Assembly: GCA_965637545.1 (NCBI GenBank) | Contig: OZ281500.1 | Span: 23,560,001-23,624,000, forward strand | Direction: 5' to 3' | DNA from: Phallusia mammillata | Lineage: Eukaryota | Length of the DNA: 64,000 bases | Shown here: positions 26,325 to 40,288 of the stretch, in pieces | Numbering within the stretch: position 1 is the first letter of the stretch | Layout of the letters: every line of letters begins with the position of its first letter | The notes under the pieces: generated by a model | Database searches by the model: none | What the model was told of the DNA's origin: nothing | Seen by the model: only the letters and a program-made list of their open reading frames with translations | Made by a program: the position numbers and the translations under genes

Positions 26325-26418
26325 CTGCAATGCATGGCGGTGCTGGCATCATGCGACAGCGTTTAACGTTGTAACCACATGTCTCAGTTCCATCATTTGC
26401 ACGCAACCGATATAAACG
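26325..26418 (-). CDS. Candidate linking exon of the large gene (RLYRLRANDGTETCGYNVKRCRMMPAPPCIA)
   Basis: gtgtttag| ... GCAG|gttatg; phase 0 to 1, which joins the phase-0 end at 30314 to the phase-1 start at 22299. Confidence 0.45.
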
Positions 26419-29400
26419 CTAAACACTCACTCGGCAAGCCTAACTGTCCCTTACCCCACATAGTATTGGGAAAATCCCATAAAAACTTGTTTAAAAATAA
26501 AAAAAATCTTGATCCCAGACAAAACTTAAAAGACATTTAACAAAAAAAGCACATTTACAAAATTTAACAAACGTCAATCTGTTGCAATATATCGACAGGA
26601 ACAACAAAACATGTTTTTTTGCAAAATATCATTTTAAACTCAATATTGCCATCTTGTGGCCGAATAAATCTTCACAATTTTCCTCGAGTACATGCTTTGG
26701 ACTGGAAGTTATCACAATTCTTTTACTACAAACTAATCTCACCTGCAACTTTGGTTTCTTTGTCTCGAAGACCCTGTGAAAGCAAAAACATGAAATGGTC
26801 AGTTAGGCAGATGGCTGACAATGTACAATGCATAATCTAGTTTAGGTCTATACATAGACATAGATCGATTTTTAACAGTACCGTGTGTTATGTCTCATTA
26901 GGATACGTTAGACTTAAGTAAAACAATAACGCACACGTTGCAAGGCTTTGACATTGACATTAAAGTTGGTCAGAGCTGATTTAGAATCTTAATGACCTCA
27001 GGACGTCGGTTCATTGTAAATGACCCTTTGCAGAATGTTGTGTTAACAAATTTTTAAACACGAATGTTGCTTATGATCAGAATCAGTCAGCACGAATCAA
27101 TTATTATTGGCATTATAGGTTTCTAATTCAAATAGAACCTCCTTTGTTTCACAAACTTGCGTATTACGATGTTGCATAACCAAGAGAGATAATTGGGGCC
27201 ACATTTTGACATCGACAATCGAGCGGTCGATGGCAGCAATAAATAGTGCGGTCAGCGACAGGAAATAGTTTGTTTGGCAATAAACTGAAGCATTCCATGA
27301 TCGGCATGTGAAAACGCATGTGGTCCCTTTTTAGTGCACAACGTAAAACATTTAAAAGATAAAATACTATAAGCATGGAAAATAGTCATACAAATATATA
27401 TTTCGTACAATACTGCATTTTATGATTGCTGATGTAACAATATGAGATTTTTAACTAAACCTAAAATTTAGGCTTGAATTCAAAAGGTATAAGCACGAAA
27501 CGAAACAAAAACCGAATCTGAACATTGTTTAAGGCCCACATGTAATCTATATCAGATGCGCAAATTTGGCATACAGGTCTACATAAATATCTATGGAATG
27601 TACGGTCGTACGCAACGAATCAATATGTACCCTGTAAATACGCGCATTCCGCGCAAAGAAAGTAAAAGTGCGACGCAAATGTTGCAGGATACAGGCAATT
27701 TTTTGTTCAAAAAAAACTATAATAAGTCCGAACCCGAAGGAAAAGCTTGAGATACTCGTCAAAAAGCGCCAATAAATGTGAGCCAAAAAGTTTTTTTTTA
27801 TTTATTTTACCATTACAAAGTTGGGAGCAACCTGTAAAAACTTTGGAGGCAAAGAATTCAACCAAAACACTTTAAACAAATGAATAAATTAACTATTGGC
27901 AAAAAAGGAGTTTATTAACAATGGCCATTAGGACACATATCGGAAAGCGAAACAACTGTTTATCGTCCATTAAAAACTAACTTCCGAAACCCAGTGACCC
28001 GATGACCTGACCGGCAGTTAAAATAGGAGGCTGTTTGTTTGGTCATAAACATTACGAGAATTCCAGATCCGCTTTGCAGAATTGCAGTGTCGTTTCTGCA
28101 CGCGTGCCTTGGATTGAGCAATGTTATAGAAGCATGTTAACATGTTGTTAGCTGTATATCGGTCGTCGTGGTGGTCGATATGTTTGCATGTAGCTTGTTA
28201 CATCTTATTAACATGCGTCTGTACATAAATCCGCAACTAAACAAGCCGTAAAGAAGGATATAGAATGTAAAATATGCCCCCTGCTGTATTTATTATTTTG
28301 AACTATATCGTGTTTGAATATAGTGTTGTTGAATATAGTATAGTAAATTTCATAAACTATCAATCAGGGATATTTGACTTATTCGACGTTGTCCCATTCG
28401 GGGCGTTTTTGTCAGGGTAATGTCAGCTACCCAACACAATCGTTCTTATAACACCACACACAAAAAAGCTATAGCAAAATTAAAAACATATTTGGACTGT
28501 AGCAATAAGAAATCATGTATAACTTATATAAGGGTTATTTTGGTTTGGCAAAAATAGTTAACTCTAGATCACAAAACTGATTCAAATATCTCGTATCAAA
28601 AAATAAGGTTGACATATTTGAGAACTAACGAGCTCTTGTGGCAGGCATCGCACTTTAATTGCAGCGCACACAAAATCGTGAAGTCGAAATGGCACAAGAC
28701 CCACAATGTAATTTACTCCCAGTGTTACACTCGCCACGCCCTTATGTCCACCAGGTAAACCTAGATATCAACCACAGCCATCTTCAGCAATCAAGTCTTA
28801 ATCTCGTGCAAACAAATCCATACTACCGAGTTTTTAAGGTCTGTTTTCAAGCTCTTATTTTCAGTTATTCCGGTTGTTGTGTTTGTGTTTGCTACTTGCG
28901 TCATATGCGAAATTTTAACTATAGGCTTTTTACAGGGCACGTTTAACCAAAACTTATTTATAGTTTAAATTTAAATTTGCCTTTCAAAAAAAATATGCTG
29001 CACCATAAAAAACAACATCAAACAACTTCAACACGAGCACACCAAAATAGTTTTTCTTGTATAACTTACGCCCTAAACCTACAGACGAAGTGTTTTAGCA
29101 GCGTCCTTAACGTACTTTGTACTGTTGAATGAGTTGCGCTTCAAAAATATACATGTAAACAGCATTTGGATATTACCGAAAAGTACGGGAAAAAATTACA
29201 AACATAATCCACAGGGAGGCATTCAACACTTTGTCAACAGGAAAAACAAACGACCGGCTAGATTATCTCACAACTCTTATCTTCAAAGCTTAATTCAAAA
29301 CACATTAATCAGTCAACAGCGCAGTTGAGCAAACAATTTTATCGGGTTCGCGTAGTGTGAAATGCCCGGTAAACTGACAAGATAGAGAACACAACTTACT

Positions 29401-30313
29401 TAAACATTACTGAATCTCAACACATTTCTTATAACCTGTTTATTTTGGCCCGTTACAGCAGATCCAAAGGAATCTTATCATTAGGTTTTGTTATTACGGG
29501 TAAGCAATGTTTTTCAAAATGTAATTATGACTAGTAAGAGAGAAGCCAAATTTAGAGAACATCACTTAAGATACTTTACAATAACTTCAGTTAACAGTTT
29601 TGGGTAGGATTTCAGTTTTTATCAATTGATTTGACAACATTATGAATTAATTTACCAAATCTTCAGAAAATATGCTAAGAATTGAGAAAACTGGTTCTAA
29701 AAAAGCCAAAACAATTTTCACTTGAGCGATTCGTTTGAAGTTGGGAGATAGGGTATCTACACTGCCGACACAAAGCGGTAAAAACTGATAGGACATCTTA
29801 AAACAACAAGACGTGTAAATTTACACCCGCTAAAAGCAGTTTTACCTGCATAACTGGTGCAAGTTTGCATAGGAAGGCCGATAAAGCCGTACAACGTGAT
29901 AGACCGGAGCAATTTAAGAAATAAACTTTTCACTGCATTTTAATCTACATGTTTTCATGCTACTGTGTTGTGCCATGTTTGTTGTAAGTGTAAATGAAGG
30001 TGGCTAGTCCTTGATTTGAACCAATAATTTGTCGTTTGGAAAGTTAACAATCTGCCTGACCGTGGAACGCCAAACCACTAATACAAAGTCTTGAACAAAG
30101 TAGTCAAAAGACTTAGGCTAAGAGTTTGCGACCAAAACAAACTAAATATTATAGCAAGGAATGAATACTACAACACCCAGACGCGTAGAAGGCATGTCCC
30201 GATTAAAGCAAAAAAAAACGTGGTTATGTAGAAACGTTACCGGCTAGTAACATCGGGTTTGTGGTGGGATTCGAACCCACGACAGTAAAATCCCATTACA
30301 AAGGATTATTCAC

Positions 30314-30412
30314 CTTGTACTTTGTCTTGTTGTTGTGCTGAAGTTGAGGAGAGTTGGTAGGAGATGAAGGTACTGATGAACTTCGTGAGCTGCTCACGTC
30401 AAAATCATCAGC
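30314..30412 (-). CDS. Exon of the large gene (ADDFDVSSSRSSSVPSSPTNSPQLQHNNKTKYK)
   Basis: Acceptor ttcattatttgtgtag, donor AAG|gtgaat; 99 nt, phase 0-0. Confidence 0.8.
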
Positions 30413-30606
30413 CTACACAAATAATGAAGACATTTAATTGCGACATACAAATTTGAACACATAATTGGTCAACAGCAAAACGCGATTATAGAGTACTACA
30501 TTGATGAATTTGTTCGCCAAGAACTTGAGGAAATTTCCCTACAACCCGAGTTGTTTTACGTGGCGGAAATGTACAAATGCTTACGGTTGGGGCTGTTGGA
30601 TTAAGG

Positions 30607-30931
30607 CAGTGGTTCCCAAACTTTGTTGGTCTGTGGCCCAAATGTCTATTTAATAGCGATTCGTGGCTCACCACGTGCTGAAATTTGGGCACAAACAAAA
30701 AAACTCAAAAAACAGGCGAAATTTTCTAGCAATTTATTTTTAATGAGATACATGCTCCTGAAATTTGGCCACAAGATTCGGAATTCTTTGCAAATATTAT
30801 GTTTTTCAAAACAAAGCGCATAATATCTACAGTATAACAAAACGGTAGAATCTGTGCAAGTGGCTCTGTGGCCCATTGAAAATGTCTTGGTGGCCTTGTA
30901 CTGGGCCATGGCCACAGTTTGGGAACCACTG
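30607..30931. mobile_element. hAT (Buster-type) MITE
   Basis: TIR CAGTGGTTCCCAAACT / AGTTTGGGAACCACTG; TSD GATTAAGG / GACTAAGG (7/8). Confidence 0.9.
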
Positions 30932-31185
30932 GACTAAGGAGTATCGCTTTTCAGTTGAAACAAAGGATTTGCTTTGTATAAGTTTGTGCACGGATTAGTA
31001 CCTGGTCAGGCCACATGCAGATTATACTGTTTAGAACCCGGAATACAAGAAACGGCCTTTTAAAAACGCCTTTACACCAAGTAAGCAAAACCTATAAACC
31101 ACTGTTACACATCGCACCCAACAGAACAGAACTAATATTACACAAATGTGGACTTAGTTTCGTTTAACTGAAACCATTTGCTCAC

Positions 31186-31416
31186 CAAGTAGAAAGCGTT
31201 TTTGCAAAGAATCGACGACGTAGAGAGATTGTGATCAGGAGCCAAAAATCTGCCGTCGTTCAGTCGGTAGATGTCGCTGTTACTGCCGTATTCGCCGCAG
31301 TGGTCGGTTGCTATGGTGATGGTCGGGGCGCTGATCGCGACTCCCACCGGACTCCGCATATTACCGCCGCCTAGCGGTGACAGTTGGGAGGAGCTTAGTC
31401 CAACCTCGGGGGCCAA
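31186..31416 (-). CDS. Exon of the large gene (LAPEVGLSSSQLSP...CKNAFYL)
   Basis: Acceptor cacttttttacag, donor TTG|gtgagc; 231 nt, phase 0-0; GC-rich. Confidence 0.85.
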
Positions 31417-32039
31417 CTGTAAAAAAGTGGGGATTAGTTTGCGGGAATGAAAAAATTACAAGGATCAGGATTTAGACATTTTTGCACTAATGATAAGCAA
31501 ACATTTATCTTGCATTTAGTATGAAGAAAAACGTGTTGAATTCAGAAGCTCTCGATGTCAGTTGTGGCTTTCGGACAAGATCCCAAAAATCGTCGCGGAT
31601 TTTACTATGCTTATTTGAACATTAAGCCTCAATAGCACGGGTTTAACGTATTAAATAGCTGGATATACTGCAACCCATACTGTCTGCTAAAAACGCGAAC
31701 ATTTATTGTGCAGCTAAACTATAAGTAATCTCCTAGTTTTCAATCACCAATACAACCAAAAATACACTGTTTTTGCAACCCACGTCACTGCCACCACATT
31801 TAGTGTCAACGTTAGTGTAAAAGGCAGCAACAAACCAATGCTATGAGGTAACAAGTTAATAGGGCAAACACGTATATTGTTTGCCTTCCTAATTTGCAAG
31901 TTCGTTATTAGCAACATATCGTGAAATGTGATGTATGATGTTGTTGTGTAAAAGGTTGACAATTAAGACAGGTCTTTCACATGGTATAAATACACTAAAA
32001 TTGACCTTTTAATCGTGTTTAAAAGGTCAAATAAAAAAG

Positions 32040-32125
32040 AATTGTCACAGGCTGTTAGTAGTTTTTCAAGAATTGTCACAGGCTGTTAGTAGTTTTTAAC
32101 AATTGTCACAGGCTGTTAGTAGTTT
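32040..32125. repeat. Tandem repeat of a 30-31-nt unit, three copies (AATTGTCACAGGCTGTTAGTAGTTT...)
   Basis: Read directly. Confidence 0.92.
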
Positions 32126-33584
32126 CAGTATTTTTAATGATTTTAACTGAAATTTCTAATTTAAGGCACCCAGATATTGTGTGTACTGCTGCAAAATCCA
32201 AACTTTTATAGCAACAAAATAAACAGCAGACCCAACCTTTAAAAAAACATTATTAAACAAGCAAATTTTCAGTTACACGTCAGATTCATGAGTGTCGCCA
32301 AACTTTCGATATATTCGTTGTATTTACCTGATAATGCGGACGAATGCGTTCCCTGTACATTCGTGGAGAAAGCACAATCTAACTTGTACTAATATCATTT
32401 ATTCTATCAAATACCTAAAAAATCCTACATACTGCAAACAAGTTGTATAAAAAAACTGTTAACATGGAAAACTTGATTATCAACAAATATGTGGTATTAA
32501 TTATACATTTCAAACGCCAACACAGCGAAGAAACCTAAAAACCTTACTACAAATAGTTTCTCTAAGTTGTCAAATGTCATTCAAATTTATGAAAACACTT
32601 TTTTTTTTTTTTTTTTTTCAAAATGTACTTTTTTTAACTAAATACCACCAATACGAACAAAAAGCTTCAAAGCGCTACAACAAACAGTTTCTTACATTTC
32701 AGGTAATTTTAGGGCTTTTTCTTTACATGAAAAACATGCACTTAAATGTTTTTGAGAGTTTCCACATCAAAGCTAATGAAATTGATTTTGCCCTTTATTC
32801 ACTTGTGAGTCGGTCACAAAAGCAGAATCTGACATCAATACGAGAAAATACTTGTATGCAAATATTCTGCTGTTGTAACTGTCATAAGCACTCTTAAGTT
32901 CTCGTCTACAACCAATTTGTTCTATTGTTACGGCAAGCCTATATGAAATGTTCTGACACTACAAAGCTGTGATCAACAATTGAACATACAAAGTCATAGT
33001 TCCCTTTCTTAATTTTCAACAGACCGCAAGTGTGCCGAAGTCTGCTCTAAACGAATTTATTAGATTTATTAGCATGTCGGTGCATCCGAACTAGGACATT
33101 TTTCATGTAAATCACTCGGATTGTGGTTGTTGAGACGCCCAAGGAATGTTACAACACACCAAACAAATCAAGTCATCGACTATGAATGTCATTCAGAACA
33201 AAAATAAACGTTAGTTTAAAATACTAAAAATCATGCAGACTCAAAAAATCCAACATAAATGACGTCAAGATTAAATGGAACCAAACTAAGATTTGAACCA
33301 AACCTTTTCCTGTAGCGCCCCTAAACTGACACAAAGTAAATGATAACCGCCCTCGTTACACAAAACTCGCAACAAATTCGTTTAACAAACAACATTAAAG
33401 TAATATAACAGCTAGAAAGTGAACGATGCCGTCCCTTTGTGAACAATACAATTATGTTTCAAAGACAAAATCAATGCTTTCAGTAAGTAAGGTTAGTCTA
33501 ATGACACCAATTAGTCAAATAAATGTTGCATGTAGAAAACCAGTGGACTGAATACACCTGAACTGAGATTCGAACCCACTACAT

Positions 33585-33894
33585 CAGGGGTCGGCAACCC
33601 CTGGCACGCGTGCCAACCTTGGCACGCGAGGTGGTTTTTCATGGCACGCCGACCGATTTGCGTGTTTATATTGAAGTAACAATTTAACCTGTTACACTGC
33701 TTTTGTATAGTTTATATCACGCCGTTGTCTTAAAATTCAGTCTTACATGCACAAAACACTTTGCTTTCTCTTTATTATTGATATCTTCTGGCACGAACCA
33801 CTATTATTTAGAAAAACGTTGGCACGCGAGGTCATTAACACATGGAAATAACAAGTAAATTGGCACGCGTCACCAAAAAGGTTGCCGACCCCTG
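33585..33894. mobile_element. hAT (Buster-type) MITE inserted into a tRNA-like fragment
   Basis: TIR CAGGGGTCGGCAACC / GGTTGCCGACCCCTG; perfect TSD CACTACAT; internal TGGCACGCG repeats; B-box (minus strand GGTTCGAATCTC) abuts the left TSD. Confidence 0.92.
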
Positions 33895-36800
33895 CACTAC
33901 ATGCAAGGTTGCCACCACCACCCCGTAGAGAAAGTAATGGAAATCTTGGTGACTCACTACCAAGACTAGAGGATACAAAGTGCGAAGTTCGCCACACTTC
34001 ACCTAGATACGTCTCGAGTACAATACTTGACACTATGTTATTGGCCGTGAAAGGTTGACGGGGAAACCGTTAACATTGCTAGAGGGTAAAATGACACCAC
34101 AATTATCTGCCAGACCGAGTCTGTCGTGGTTTGACGATAAACGAAGCTGCGCAACATGATCCTCGAACCCCGGGTATTTACCGTTTCTGGGGTCAAATAC
34201 CCGGGGTAAAAAGGCGACAAATTTACCCCAACGCAAAAAAGTTACCCATTTCCTAAACGAGTGAATTCTGTTGTATTTTATGAGGTCGTTGATGAGTTAT
34301 ATGCAGTAAGGATGAATGTTGTATTTCCGCTTTTTGTTGCCACTGCTACAAAGCTTTTTAGACTCGAGTGTTTACATCCTTAATGTCCAAACAGCAACAA
34401 ACAGCAAACATTTTGATGGTGTATTGTTTACAGTAATGCATGGGTTTAATGCGTTGCTAGTCCATACAAATTGGAAACCAGTGGTTTAATTCACAAAATA
34501 AAAGTTAAACAAACCTGAAAGTTTTGCACGGAACGTTTTGAGTCACATAGAAACCACATCGAAAAGCCCTGAATTATAGTAGATCCTAAATACCCAATGC
34601 AAATGTGTGGAGAAAATTGTTTTAGAACGCAAGCAATTGCCAACATTAAACAACTACATAACACTTTTGAAAGGGTACGACCGAATTAACAAAAAATTTA
34701 AGCCATATTTCTGCGAACGTGTCAATCAATGATATCTCTTCCACAGATAACACAAGGATAGAAGGTTCAAATTACAACAGGTGGTATAAAGACGATCCAG
34801 TAACGTTTAGTCGTGCAGAGATAAGTTGTTCAATGTCTTGTTATCAGACATTTTCATCCACGCACTAATCCTATATGGAACCCATTCTAAGTCGCTTAGC
34901 TTGAGCCACAGACAAGGTATCCACGCACGCTTATATAGGATTTAAGCGGGTAACGAGCGAACTTCGTGCAGTCAACCGAAACAACATTTGTATACATTTT
35001 GTTGCAAAGCTTTTTGCTGTTGTTATATTCAGTGCTAAGCAGCCGTTGTTAAAGAGTTTTAATATGGTTAAAACATTAAAATGTATTCACTTTATATGAG
35101 ATCTTTGGCATTCGTATACTGTTGGATATTTTTGACAAAAGTCAATCAGTAAATTCGTGCGGTCAACGCAACATACATTTAGAAAACCAGATCAGAATAG
35201 CATTTAGGGAAAATTAAAACCACATCTTCAAATTAAGAGGGTAAAGTCATCAACAGAAATAGCAAACTTATTTTTAGTGTTTAAGTCCTAATACGAAAAT
35301 CCACGGCAGAGTAAACTTGTCTCCCAAATTAATAAATGAAGTACAAGACTGGAGTTTCCTAGTACAGCATAATGTAACTCTGCGTCTGTTAATTGCCCTA
35401 CAAATTAATTACCCGATCGTTTCACACCAGCATGTGAAGTTTGCACAATCAACATTTTGCAAGGAACTAAAACTTAGCTTAACATTCCTACTAGCTAGTG
35501 CATTGTTTTAGTCGTTATCGACGCACGAACACCAAATTATTTTTTTTTAATTTAAAGCAAAAACAATCCACATTCTGCAAACAACTAAATTTAAGCTGTT
35601 CCTGTTGACAAACTTTCGTTCAGTTTTTGATGCCTGGATATTAAAATACATTTTTAAAAGCTTAAAGCAACATAAATTTGCAGCAAAACAGTAAAAATTC
35701 TGACCGGAATCATGGAAATTGAAAAAATGTTGTCGATAAATTTCCGAATTTTACAACTGTTTGCTCATTTCAGCTCAACCGGTCGTTCGGAACAAAACTG
35801 TTGATACTGTAGGTCGTAAAATCCTATAACGAACTACATTTCCTGTGTGGAATTACTTGGGTATATTGTGGTTTTTGTGGTCTCATGTGGCATGTTTACA
35901 GCACATTCTAACAAAGGAACGTAACGAAATCAGGATTTCAAATGTTTAAGTGGTTTGAAATCAGCTCTAAATGGCGTTTTTGTCAAAAACGTACAGTTTA
36001 GTTATAGGTTGAAATGATTGTTGGCAACAACATTGTCAAAACACTTACAAAGGACCACTTTTCTACAACAAAACTTACACAATCCAACGCCACCCTTTTG
36101 TCCGTTGCATAAAGCACACACATAAACAAGCTTAACCAAGATCCAAATTCCAACAATGTAACTTCTGGTGCGTTATTTACATCCAAACAACGGATTGAAC
36201 TTTAACCTACATAGCATTGCAACCAGTCAGACAAAATGGTGTAAAATTCCAACGTTCCATTTTCGCGATGGGCATGTTTTAAACGAAGTGAACAAGGCAT
36301 TACTTATTTCCTGAGTCACGATTTCAATAGGTAGACTATCGAATGTTTGGACTTCACACAAGCAAGTACTTGGAATTCACACCGGTACATGTAATTCTTG
36401 ATGGTTATCAGTAAAAAGGTAAAACCGTTTCGCATAATTCCGGCCATTTCTTTGAACGGCCTCTTAAAGTTGGATAATATAGTATTCAAAGTTATCTCTT
36501 AGACTTGTCCCGATAACTTGCTATTCTCCTGACTACACAATAGTGGTTCTGTTTAGCCATAAAACAAAATACATTACTTAACCGCACTGTGAAATAAAAC
36601 AACAAATAAATTAAATTGGCAACCTTCTTAAGAAAAATTATTATCCAGGAATTCGCTTACGATGTTGTTTGTAGAATATCATTAGTATTTTGACATTTCG
36701 GGCATTGAAGCTTTGACTTAAACTTCGCAAAATTTTTGACATAGTTTTGTTTAAACTCTGTCAAATTATTAATGTAGCTACAATACAAAAATACTACCTT

Positions 36801-37489
36801 AATATATAAACAACTTTCGCAAAGGTACAGCTTCTAACTTCATCCAAACCTAAACATACCGCGGCGTAGACCAACAACAAACGCTTACGAAGGAATAATC
36901 ATATTCAACAACTTTGCTCTTAACTAGGTTGCATGACTTTGCAAACTAGACTTACACAAAACAAACTGGGTACAATTCGTTCATGACAGAACACATTATG
37001 TACTATCACATAAACTGTTGTCTGCCATAAACACTATTCTTTAAGTGAAAACAAAAATTGTACAATTGTATACACCAGCAGTTGGAGGAAAAACTTAACT
37101 AAGTCACCAACACTATTTTGTAGTTCCTCAAAATGACCAAACGACAAGAAAGTTCAACCGACTTACACTTTCAGTTCAGAATGAATACAAGACTTAACAT
37201 GAATTTCATGTTTGCCAATAAACCCACAGAAGCGCTGCAAAACGCCAGGAAGCGGGATAGGACAGTAAAAATGTGGTTAGAGAAGAATTCCATTGTTACA
37301 AAGCCACAAACCTGAGCAAACTGCGGTAAAATTCCTAACTCTTTTCTATGCCAAAAACCTATTTCGATTTTAGCTTTGTAAAAACCGTTGGAACTTTCTG
37401 TATTATTGTACAACCCTTTGCGGTATTTGCTTTGAGTCGCTATTTTATTTCGTTTCTGTTCATTTGTGCTTCGGCGCCAAAACATCGTG

Positions 37490-37630
37490 CCGTCCACTGT
37501 GCTACGCGCATTCGGTGTCCCTGATGAAGGCGACCTGTATAGGACGTCGAAACGTCGGAATAAAAATACATTTGCCAGAAGAGCTCTATAAACTCGATAT
37601 TATGCCTGGCAGCAATAGCTATAAATAGTG
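37490..37630 (+). ncRNA. Intact minimal type-I hammerhead motif in Penelope-like repeat family A
   Basis: TCC-CTGATGA(37521-27)-A-GGCGACCT-gtat-AGGACGTC-GAAAC-GTC(37554-56)-GGA; 7/8-paired stem II, palindromic ACGT stem III, 3-bp stem I, then AATAAA. Confidence 0.8.
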
Positions 37631-40189
37631 TGTCTTCCTGTTCGTTTGGAAGTGAAGATCTAATAGCAGTTGTGTGTGTTTTTACCCTAAACTGTAATTG
37701 CATTTGTTGAGCTGTCTTCTGCGGTACACATGTCCTGTAGACCGTTCAAACCTCAAATATGCCTAAATCTACTTGTATTAGGAATGTCACACATGTTTGA
37801 CATGAGTGGATTGCGAGATATGCGATTTAAGACCAAAATAAGAAAGACCCCAAGACGTTTAAGGTATAACATGTGACACAAGACAACAAGAATCTACTAT
37901 GACAGATATCTCTCCATTTTACATAAAAACCTTTCCATAAACTCATACTGCAAAGCAAATGACACTCGTTTTCCTATACTTTTCGCTTCGCATGAAAACT
38001 GACAAGGTTCCCTAAACTTTTTACTTCTCAGGACTCGGCAATAACGAATTTAGAAATCAAACACCTAAGCACTTTTCAAAACACATCAATATGCCTCAGC
38101 TATCAACACTAAAAAGACAGAAGCTGAAATACCTTTACAACAAACCTAGCAACACAACAACCCTTAAACCAGCAGGAAAAATGCGTTTGATCTTTCGCTA
38201 GGCTGTAGAAAGCGATACTAGAGCCGTCATTCCAATCTCTCTGTTCTTTCCATCATTTAATGATTAACCACCGACCCACAATAGACCGGCGTTATTTACT
38301 TCTGTTCCTAATGCACTGTCCGAATTGTTGGCTGTGGACTATGGTACCATTGGTGGTCAAGTGACTCTTAACTTTACGACAGTGTTTCACGAAACATTTT
38401 TGAAATATTTGTAAATGTTTCCATGGCATTGTTTCGATAACTGGCGGTCTAAAACCAGCTTCTGTTCAACATTAACAAGCAATTTAATTTTTAGGTAGCA
38501 TCATCTCGCAATGTACTTTGACTATAGACGCTAAAAACAAACCATCCAAAATGCTTAAACTTCTATAATTTGAACTTTGAAAGTTACGCAAAGTAGATGA
38601 AGAAATCCAGAACCCTTTCTTGGCCGCATGCTGACAGAACTTTTTGTGGATCAAAATTCAAGAAACACTTTCTTAAAGGTTGCAGAATACTTGCTTTGGT
38701 TAGTTAAAATACCTTCAAACAATGTTACAAAATCTCGCAGAACTGTCGTGTCATGTCTTGGTGCGCCTCTCGTGTAAAAACAGAACCTTAAGGCCTTGAT
38801 GAAACATTTAACGTAATTAAGTGAACACAAAGACCACAAGCGCTAAAAGGTGCTGAAAAACACAGGGTGTACAACCTCTATGATACAAAGACTTTATAAT
38901 AAATCGATGTCCCCGCAACCCAAACACTTTTAGCGCAATAACGGTCAAAGCACAGCACTAGATAACCATATATAATGCACCTTAGCACGGTCATCATATG
39001 ATTAATGGACATTGATTGATTACAGCGCACTTATACAGCGGTTAACCGCATACTGTAAGGCATGTACACCAACGAATATACAATGTACATGATATCGCAC
39101 TGCGTATTATGCTTATGACGTTGCGACAGCGCCCGAAAATTCCCGAGAAAATTTCGAACGCGTTTAAACGTTTGTGAGAAAACAATGTTACCGCGTTTAT
39201 TGTACTGGGTGTGCCAACTATGGAGTTTAAACACAACATCAATTAGTTTTCCAAAGATTAAGTGATGAATTTTTTTTTCGAAAAAATAATTCAAAGTAGT
39301 CTTGAAAGGAGACGTATTTCAAAACAACATAATACACACACGACCAACATAAACAAATAAACTTACCGCCAAAAAACTGAACGACGCTTAAACATTCTAA
39401 ATGACTACGCTTCAAGCAGAAAGTGCAAAATTTCTCTCAAAATCATAGCAAAATATAAAACACCTCATGTTACTGCATGCGTTACGACAAATCAATTTTT
39501 AAAAGATTATTACTGCTTTGAGTTTTGGTTTGTAATTTAGAGAGGACTTCTTTTAAAAATACCAGCTTCATTTAATCCTATTTACACAGCCCTTACGTGA
39601 TTCTGTACAGGCAACAACAACACAAACACGCCTCTGCACGTTAACACCGCACCCCTGAAACCTGATCTAAGCCATGCTCAGTCGGACCACCTTCTGAATT
39701 AAACATGCGGCATATGTCAAGCGAGCTTCGTCAAGCGTTCGTAGCTACCTAAACTGCTTGCTGTGAAACCTTTAAATCATACTACATTGTTAGCTTTGTG
39801 AACTTAACAGCGGGCTTCCGAACAAGCTTCGTCCCATTAACCATATTTGAGTGCACGACATAGCAAATTGAAATACAAATAGTGTTTTTGTTTTTCGAGA
39901 CCTTGTACTTTAAAGCAGGCCGCAAAAAATATATTGTACCTGCTTTGTCGTCTGAACATTGTAAAATTCTGACCAAAACCGGTTTTGATTTTAGCAAAAT
40001 GCGATGTAAATCAAAAAGTAAAGGCTTTCGCAAATTAAAACACACCCTAATCATAAACAAACTTGTTTAAAAAAAACTCTTTAGGCTAACATATGTGTGC
40101 ATGTCAACCTATGTTGTAGCTACACAAGCCTGAACCACGACTAACCCAGTTCAGAGCTTTCCAGTTATTTATTATTTATGTCTCCCCAG

Positions 40190-40288
40190 CGAGCAGTGAG
40201 GCCTTGTCCGGCTCAACGGGGGATCTTTACGACGTTGCCTCGACCCTCAGCAAGTTGGACAATAGACTCAATCACTTTCTACCGGGCA
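40190..40288 (+). CDS. Candidate antisense exon nested in an intron of the large gene
   Basis: GC-rich 99-nt block bounded exactly by tttattatttatgtctccccag and gtgagt. Two open frames: SSEALSGSTGDLYDVASTLSKLDNRLNHFLPG or RAVRPCP...FYRA. Confidence 0.45.

Noticed and set aside
32040-32125. Short direct repeats considered as a CRISPR array (also 23943-24116)
   Set aside because: Head-to-tail units with no unique spacers, in a eukaryotic intron.
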